From Cryobacterium sp. (lineage in GTDB: Bacteria > Actinomycetota > Actinomycetes > Actinomycetales > Microbacteriaceae): 64,000 nt of DNA. The DNA is taken from contig JAHBST010000002.1 in assembly GCA_019638975.1 (NCBI GenBank), forward strand, positions 201-64,200, written 5' to 3'. Within the stretch, counting starts at the first letter, position 1, and every line of letters starts with the position of its first letter. The notes below the pieces were generated by a model. That model made no database searches and was not told where the DNA came from. It saw only the letters and a list, made by a program, of their open reading frames with translations. Shown here in pieces: positions 60,972 to 64,000 of this stretch. The position numbers and the translations under genes are program-made.

Positions 60972-61776
60972 CGGCGGGTGACTCTGAGGGTGCGAAATGC
61001 GGGGTGCGCCGGTAGTGGATGAATACCAGGAACGAGGCGACCGCACCGAACACGTGCCAGATCGCGTGGCCTTGCAGGAGCGAACCGGGTTCGCAGAATG
61101 CCGGCGTCTGGTCGAGCAGCCAGATCCCGTACGCGACGACCATGACGGCGAGGCCCGCGTAGATCGCCCACATGCGCCGCGATCGCGGGCTGTGTCCGGT
61201 GACCCACGGCGTGAGTTCGAGGATGATGCCCGGCAGCAGGAGCGCCGTGAACAGGATGCGGCGGGCATCCGGGTAGGCGAACTGCAGCAGCCCGAACACG
61301 ATGCTCGCTGCGACGAAGCCGGCGAGCGCGTGGGTCCCGCGAAGGCGCCCGGCTCGATACAGCGCCCCGAAAAAGAGGAGCAGCCCGAACGTGTACATGG
61401 AGAAGATGTCCAGAAACTGCCCGAAGAAGGAGAGCGTCGCGTGGTAGAAGAAACTGGATGCTCCGATGAAGATCATCGTGATTCCGAGGAGCCGAATGAG
61501 CAGGCTCTCGCGGGCGCGCGCGTCGCGAGTGCGCGGTTCGCCGGGACGCAGCGAGAGCAGCACCCACGCGCCGAGGAGCACGAACGCGAACGAGCTCACG
61601 GAGTTCGCGAGCTGTTCGGGGAATCCGCTCGCGTGCTCGCAAAAACAGTGCCCGGGCACACACGTGGCGGCGCGATCGACGAGAGCGGTGCCGACGAGCG
61701 CATCCGTGGCGTACCACGCGATGGCGCACACGGCAGCGCCGAGCAGGAGTGCCCAGATCGTCCGCCGCACCATCAT
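60919..61776 (-). CDS. Ceramidase/CREST-superfamily membrane protein
   Basis: FCE...NSVSS, SSFFYHAT (SxxxH), D, GHAIWHVF (HxxWH). Confidence 0.82.
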   Translation of the reverse strand: MMVRRTIWALLLGAAVCAIAWYATDALVGTALVDRAATCVPGHCFCEHASGFPEQLANSVSSFAFVLLGAWVLLSLRPGEPRTRDARARESLLIRLLGITMIFIGASSFFYHATLSFFGQFLDIFSMYTFGLLLFFGALYRAGRLRGTHALAGFVAASIVFGLLQFAYPDARRILFTALLLPGIILELTPWVTGHSPRSRRMWAIYAGLAVMVVAYGIWLLDQTPAFCEPGSLLQGHAIWHVFGAVASFLVFIHYRRTPHFAPSESPAATDLDTPRADGRAPRRG

Positions 61777-61879
61777 TCGCCTCGGCCCCTCAGGGGGCTA
61801 CGGGTGGCGAAAATTTCACGTTGACGTCGAGGCATCCTCTGTATCGTAGCTTTCGGAAAATCGTTGGAGGAGGAGTTTC

Positions 61880-62605
61880 GTGGAACTGGCACCGGGTTTG
61901 CACCGGATCGGCAACGACATCGTCGCCGCGTACCTCGTCGAGGACGAGAGCGGACTGACCCTCATCGATGCGGGGCTTGCCGGGCAGTGGAAGGATCTCA
62001 CCGCGGAGCTGACGTCGATGGGGCGAACGCCGGGAGACATCCGAGCCCTCATCCTCTCCCACGGCGACACCGACCATATTGGGTTCGCCGAGCGCTTGCG
62101 CCGCGAGTTCGGGGTTCCGGTGTACGTCCATGCCGCGGATGCCGCGCGGGCCAGGGGCGAGGTCAAAAGCAGCCCGACGCTGGGGAAGGTGAGGCTCGGC
62201 CCGCTTCTGAAGTTCTTCGGTTACGCGGTCGCCAAACGAGGCATGAGCACCGCGTACCTCACGTCGGTCACCGGCGTTGCCGACGGCCAGGTCCTGGATG
62301 CGCCGGGCGCCCCGCAGATCATTGCGCTCCCGGGGCACTCCCCCGGCAGCATCGCTGTGCACGTCCCTCGCGTGGATACGGTCTTCGTGGGCGATGGACT
62401 CACGACGCGTCACGTCCTCACCGGCAAGGTCGGACCGCAGCCTGCGCCGTTCACCGACGATCCGGCGCAGGCGATCGAGTCGCTCGAGCGGCTTCGCAAA
62501 ACGGGCGCGAAGTGGGTGCTTCCCGGTCATGGCGCACCGTGGTCCGAGGGTGTCGCCGCGGCGATCGATGCGGTGACTGAGGCGTACCGCACAATGGAGA
62601 AATGA
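61880..62605 (+). CDS. MBL-fold metallo-hydrolase
   Basis: LIDAG, SHGDTDHIG, PGHSPGS, VGD, LPGHG; GGAGGAGG SD. Confidence 0.92.
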   Translation: MELAPGLHRIGNDIVAAYLVEDESGLTLIDAGLAGQWKDLTAELTSMGRTPGDIRALILSHGDTDHIGFAERLRREFGVPVYVHAADAARARGEVKSSPTLGKVRLGPLLKFFGYAVAKRGMSTAYLTSVTGVADGQVLDAPGAPQIIALPGHSPGSIAVHVPRVDTVFVGDGLTTRHVLTGKVGPQPAPFTDDPAQAIESLERLRKTGAKWVLPGHGAPWSEGVAAAIDAVTEAYRTMEK

Positions 62606-63006
62606 CGCGATTCGGAATCGATGCGCTTACCGCGGTCCGCCTGGCTCGTGAGGGTCTTTCGGTGCATGACGACCACAAACTCGTGGCGCCGAACGTGCTC
62701 CGTTCGCACGCGCTCTCGCTCATCTTCCGCGAGGTGCGTAACGGTGAGCTGGGGGCACGCGACGCGCACACGATGCTCGACCGCATCACGACCATGCGCA
62801 TCCGACTGCTCGGCGACCGGGTGTCGCGCGCTGTCGCATGGCAGGTCGCGGAGCAACTCGGCTGGGACGACACTGTCGGCGCCGAATACATCGCTGTCGC
62901 CAAGTTGCAAGCGGATGCGTTCGTCACGCTCGACGAACGCCTCGCGATCGCGGTCGCCGGCGTTGCGCCGGTCGCTCCGTTCGAGGCGCTCCTCCTGCCC
63001 GAGTGA
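62602..63006 (+). CDS. PIN-domain (VapC-like) protein, degenerate
   Basis: FGIDA, LVAP, AEYIAVA, AFVTLDERL; ATGA overlap with the MBL gene. Confidence 0.75.
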   Translation: MTRFGIDALTAVRLAREGLSVHDDHKLVAPNVLRSHALSLIFREVRNGELGARDAHTMLDRITTMRIRLLGDRVSRAVAWQVAEQLGWDDTVGAEYIAVAKLQADAFVTLDERLAIAVAGVAPVAPFEALLLPE

Positions 63007-63039
63007 GCCTCAGCCGATCCGCGGCATAGCAAGCAATCG

Positions 63040-63465
63040 TCACGCTCCGTGGAACCTGATGCCGGTGATCGAGTCGACGTCGATGCGCACGTAATTCCAC
63101 TTCTCCGTCGGGATCGTCGATTGTAGGTCGAGGACGCCAGACTCCTGGATGTCGGCGTCGAACATCATGCGGCGGGCGGTGCCGTGGGCCACGACGCTCC
63201 AGTGGCGATGGCCGTGGCGGCCATCCGTCTCGAAAGCGACGGCCGGTTGCGCGGTGAGGTCGATCAGTTTGCTGCCGGGCGCCGTGCGAAACAGGATGCG
63301 CTCCTCGAACACGTGAAAGTTGATCGGGAAAATGTTGGGCGCCACGTCGCCTGAGGCACGATCGACGGTCGCGGTTGCGAGCCGACCGACACCGTCACGA
63401 GAAAGAATTTTCCAGCATTCCTCAACCGTCAGTTGTTCGATCACGGGCACCGAATCGTCGGACAT
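63040..63465 (-). CDS. Pyridoxamine 5'-phosphate oxidase-like FMN-binding protein
   Basis: LTVEECWKIL, VGRLA, IFPINF, FRTAPGSKL, VAFETD, WSVVAHG, ITGIRF; AGGAAGG SD before ATG 63465. Confidence 0.88.
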   Translation of the reverse strand: MSDDSVPVIEQLTVEECWKILSRDGVGRLATATVDRASGDVAPNIFPINFHVFEERILFRTAPGSKLIDLTAQPAVAFETDGRHGHRHWSVVAHGTARRMMFDADIQESGVLDLQSTIPTEKWNYVRIDVDSITGIRFHGA

Positions 63466-63799
63466 GTCTCGCCTTCCTGCCACGGTCCAGCCTAGCCAGC
63501 CGGCACGCGAGACGGCCACGCAGCCCACCCCTCGGGATGCGCCGCCAGTGTTTCGGCGGCCGCCTGAATGCGCTCGGACCCCCAAAGCTCAATGAGCCTC
63601 GTGCCATATCCGTGGGAAGCCGAACCGTCAAGCGCTGAAAGCGCGGACTGAAACTCTCTGTCGCCGCCATGAAGCCTGCGTTCCCGAAGGCTGCCGCCCG
63701 AAGGGCATGCTTTCACTCCAATTTCTGATCAGCGCTCGTTTCGACCACCCTACGGGGCAGGGGCGGAAAATTCACCTCCGCGGCATCACCACCCCACTG

Positions 63800-64000
63800 T
63801 TACTGTGCGGGTATGGCGAATGTCCTCGCGTGGATCTCCGCCAGCAAATCGGCGTGGTGGATTTCGGCCACGTTCGGGTGGGCCCGCATCCGGTAGCGCA
63901 GCGCGTTGTCGCCGTAGGTTTCCAGGATTGGGCTATTGGTTGGGTCGACGGACAGGCCGCGAGCCTCCGCGCGCAGTTCGGGATCGAGTTCGAGGCGCGG
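63800..64000 (-). CDS. C-terminal fragment of an unidentified protein (5' end outside the window)
   Basis: Manual translation is open for 66 codons (PRLELDPELRAEARG...HARTFAIPAQ*) with GC-rich third positions. Confidence 0.5.
   Translation of the reverse strand, partial: PRLELDPELRAEARGLSVDPTNSPILETYGDNALRYRMRAHPNVAEIHHADLLAEIHARTFAIPAQ

Noticed and set aside
63492-63716. 74-aa minus-strand ORF
   Set aside because: No recognisable motif or clear SD, and atypical codon usage; cannot be supported.
63750-63790. CGGGGCAGGGGCGGAAAATTC resembling the FMN riboswitch 5' end
   Set aside because: The rest of the FMN consensus is missing and no riboflavin gene follows on that strand.

Overview
This is a high-GC actinobacterial chromosome segment; gene order and leaderless TANNNT promoters point to Microbacteriaceae (inference). 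Bases 1-~13.4 kb look less GC-rich by eye and hold a variable cell-surface polysaccharide locus: tandem gmd and gmd-like genes, GT4/GT2/GT-C glycosyltransferases, a flippase-like protein, an HPr-kinase-related P-loop protein and an acyltransferase-3/SGNH. Next come rmlACBD, GT4, LCP, purE and purK (split by an inserted PP-loop/Cys-cluster gene), gtrA-like, ugd and birA. These are followed by a nucleoside hydrolase plus ECF transporter operon with a long structured leader, acyl-CoA carboxylase beta/epsilon, and a NarL-type two-component locus with a pseudokinase and a candidate sRNA. Then DUF2207, an RNA methyltransferase, maf, biotin carboxylase, lpdA, punA, a phosphomutase, a branched acyl-CoA catabolic cluster with ETF, a RelBE-type TA pair, an orphan PIN gene and miscellaneous enzymes. 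The most striking signal is a 1,132-bp cassette (40517-41648): an AbiEi-N/DUF559 nuclease gene bracketed by two ~95-bp palindromes. It is flanked by TA on both sides and reconstructs to an empty CTAG site formed by the overlapping stop codons of two convergent core genes. Solo half-copies of the same repeat lie at 43112-43153 and 60464-60490. No rRNA, tRNA, CRISPR array or recognisable DDE/HUH transposase was seen.
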